From: Mizuhopecten yessoensis
Taxonomy: Eukaryota
DNA: 64,000 nt
Assembly (NCBI RefSeq): GCF_002113885.1
Contig: NW_018408485.1
Location: 242,287 to 306,286 of the forward strand
Reading direction: 5' to 3'
Shown: piece after piece, positions 62,263 through 64,000 of the stretch
Numbering within the stretch: the first letter of the stretch is position 1
Layout of the letters: each line of letters starts with the position of its first letter
The notes under the pieces: generated by a model
Database searches by the model: none
The model's input: the letters and a program-made list of their open reading frames with translations, nothing else
Told to the model about the DNA's origin: nothing
Program-made: the position numbers and the translations under genes

Positions 62263-63049
62263 GTATGCTTACATATAATCGATAAAAGTTGATGATGAGA
62301 TGTTTTATTTCTATATACATTGTTCGTAAAACAATACACCGAACCGCGATAGAGCATTAAAGGGTAAAGATTTTAAGATATTAAGACTCCACTTGTAAAT
62401 CATACTGACATGTTCTCGTATTTGTTTCCCTAACAATTGTCTTGAGAATCAAGTTATGATTTTGCTAAAACAAACATCAAAGTACTGAAGGCACTGAAGA
62501 TACAAACGAATTAAACCTTTTTTATGCTCAAATGAAAATAGAAAATGTTCTGAATCTTATTTAATGGCAAGTAGGAGTTGATTCAAATTAGATTTTGCAT
62601 AAATGGACATATCTTTACAATATTTTTTTTTACAATTGAAAATGGATACATGTTTTAAGATCATATAAAACAATTGGGTCAGTGGGAAAATTGAAATTTG
62701 GTCTTCGCAATGGCAAATTCAGGTAAGAAACAAGCCAGGGTATATCTTCTTGTGTGCATGATTCATAGATCGTTTGAAGGGTCACTTTGTGTATATTGTT
62801 CAACTTACATCAAGTCCATCGCCGTCATTTTTATATCATACGACATCATTATAGATTTGCAAGTAGAATTGCATTTATTCTTTTTATACTACTGCTTCAA
62901 CATTACTCGGGGTGTATAGAATTTCTCTTCGTCTGTGCATGCAACCGTCCCTACTGACTGTGGTTTCCGGACTCTGCCACTGTTTCATAAATGGGCACTG
63001 ACTTTGTATATAGCTACATTATTATTATTATTATTCTCTTTATTTCCTC

Positions 63050-64000
63050 CTTTAAGAAGATTTTACAAACAGAATAATGTAGTTACAATGATAAATAAGA
63101 TAATAAATGCAAAATCAAATAGATGGTAAGGCCAAATTAGTGCACAACAAAATTAGTTAACACAATAGGAATAGGTTAATCAGTTTGAGTACAGTTAACA
63201 AAAGAATACATGTTTGATAATGTTAATAATGAAAGTAGTATGCTTTCTTTTGGACACGGCTGTGTTTCTCATTAAATGATATACACAAAAGTATTGAATA
63301 ACTATTCGAATTATGCATGAAGCATTTTTGAAATATGATTGACTGATGCCATACGAAATTCTGTTAACTCTGATGTATTCAGTTCATACGTTAGATTGCC
63401 ACCAATCAGTAGGTGAAATAATTCAAAGTCTGAATGAGAGTGTCAATATACGCTAAACATAAATTCACATGTATTAATGACTTGACACCAAAACTGATTT
63501 CGTAAGTCTTCTGTACAATCACATTGTATATCGTTATACATTTGTCCACATTTATGACATAATTCAGTTTTTCTCTGAATGTCTTAGAGATACAATCAAT
63601 TTTATTATACTATGTATCTATGTATGGCTTCTCTGTTTTGAGGAAATTTTATTAACAATTTATATATGATATATTATGAGGAGCCAAATTATCATGAAAA
63701 AATATAAATCTGCAGAAATCGCGGTAACTACTCACTCTCTCCTTCTATGCTTTTTCTTCATATAACTGTACATTATGCTTTAAAATTTCGGTTTTTGGAA
63801 GACACCATAATTCAAACCCATATAGGGCTGAAGCATATACATTTGATTTAAGTATTTTACTAATCGTTAAAGGATTTAATGCACATGGATGCGCACCACT
63901 TTTAATTAAGCTCATGACATGTACACCACTCTTAAGCTTAGTACATGCGCGTACTGTACGTTCCATACTATTAAAATTATAGTTCAACATCACACCAACA
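63050..64000 (-). mobile_element. 3' portion of a decayed LINE running off the window
   Basis: Minus strand SGAHPCALNPLTISKILKSNVYASALYGFELW is a typical post-RT LINE segment; Cys-containing tail further left. Confidence 0.65.

Overview
AT-rich, intron- and repeat-rich animal DNA. It is probably a bivalve mollusc, an inference from the SINE, MITE and LINE types. There are three protein-coding loci, all on the + strand, whose exons I joined by hand. (1) A complete, apparently intact 11-exon GMC oxidoreductase (glucose/choline dehydrogenase-like, 599 aa, 4397-13551), followed by a decayed tandem paralogue of which only the first and last coding exons are recognisable (23590 and 32197). (2) A 5-exon hillarin/kyphoscoliosis-peptidase-like transglutaminase-fold gene (34568-43878) with an N-myristoylation motif and no catalytic triad. 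(3) An alkaline phosphatase pseudogene (55335-62262; C-terminal exons not seen in the window) that lacks its 5' exons and has a frameshifting deletion next to the catalytic Ser. The rest of the window holds at least five LINE copies or remnants (two with 2A-like leader motifs), two Penelope-like fragments, tRNA-derived SINEs, several MITEs, a 1.1-kb foldback element and large 66-, 34- and 59-bp minisatellites. The most unusual observation is that tandem repeats appear to have arisen at exon 5' ends of both dead genes. A roughly 71-copy 34-bp array contains the alkaline phosphatase splice acceptor in its own unit, and a 33-bp triplication lies inside the GMC relic's last exon. I found no prokaryotic features, CRISPR arrays or bona fide rRNA/tRNA genes, and no clearly new multi-gene system.
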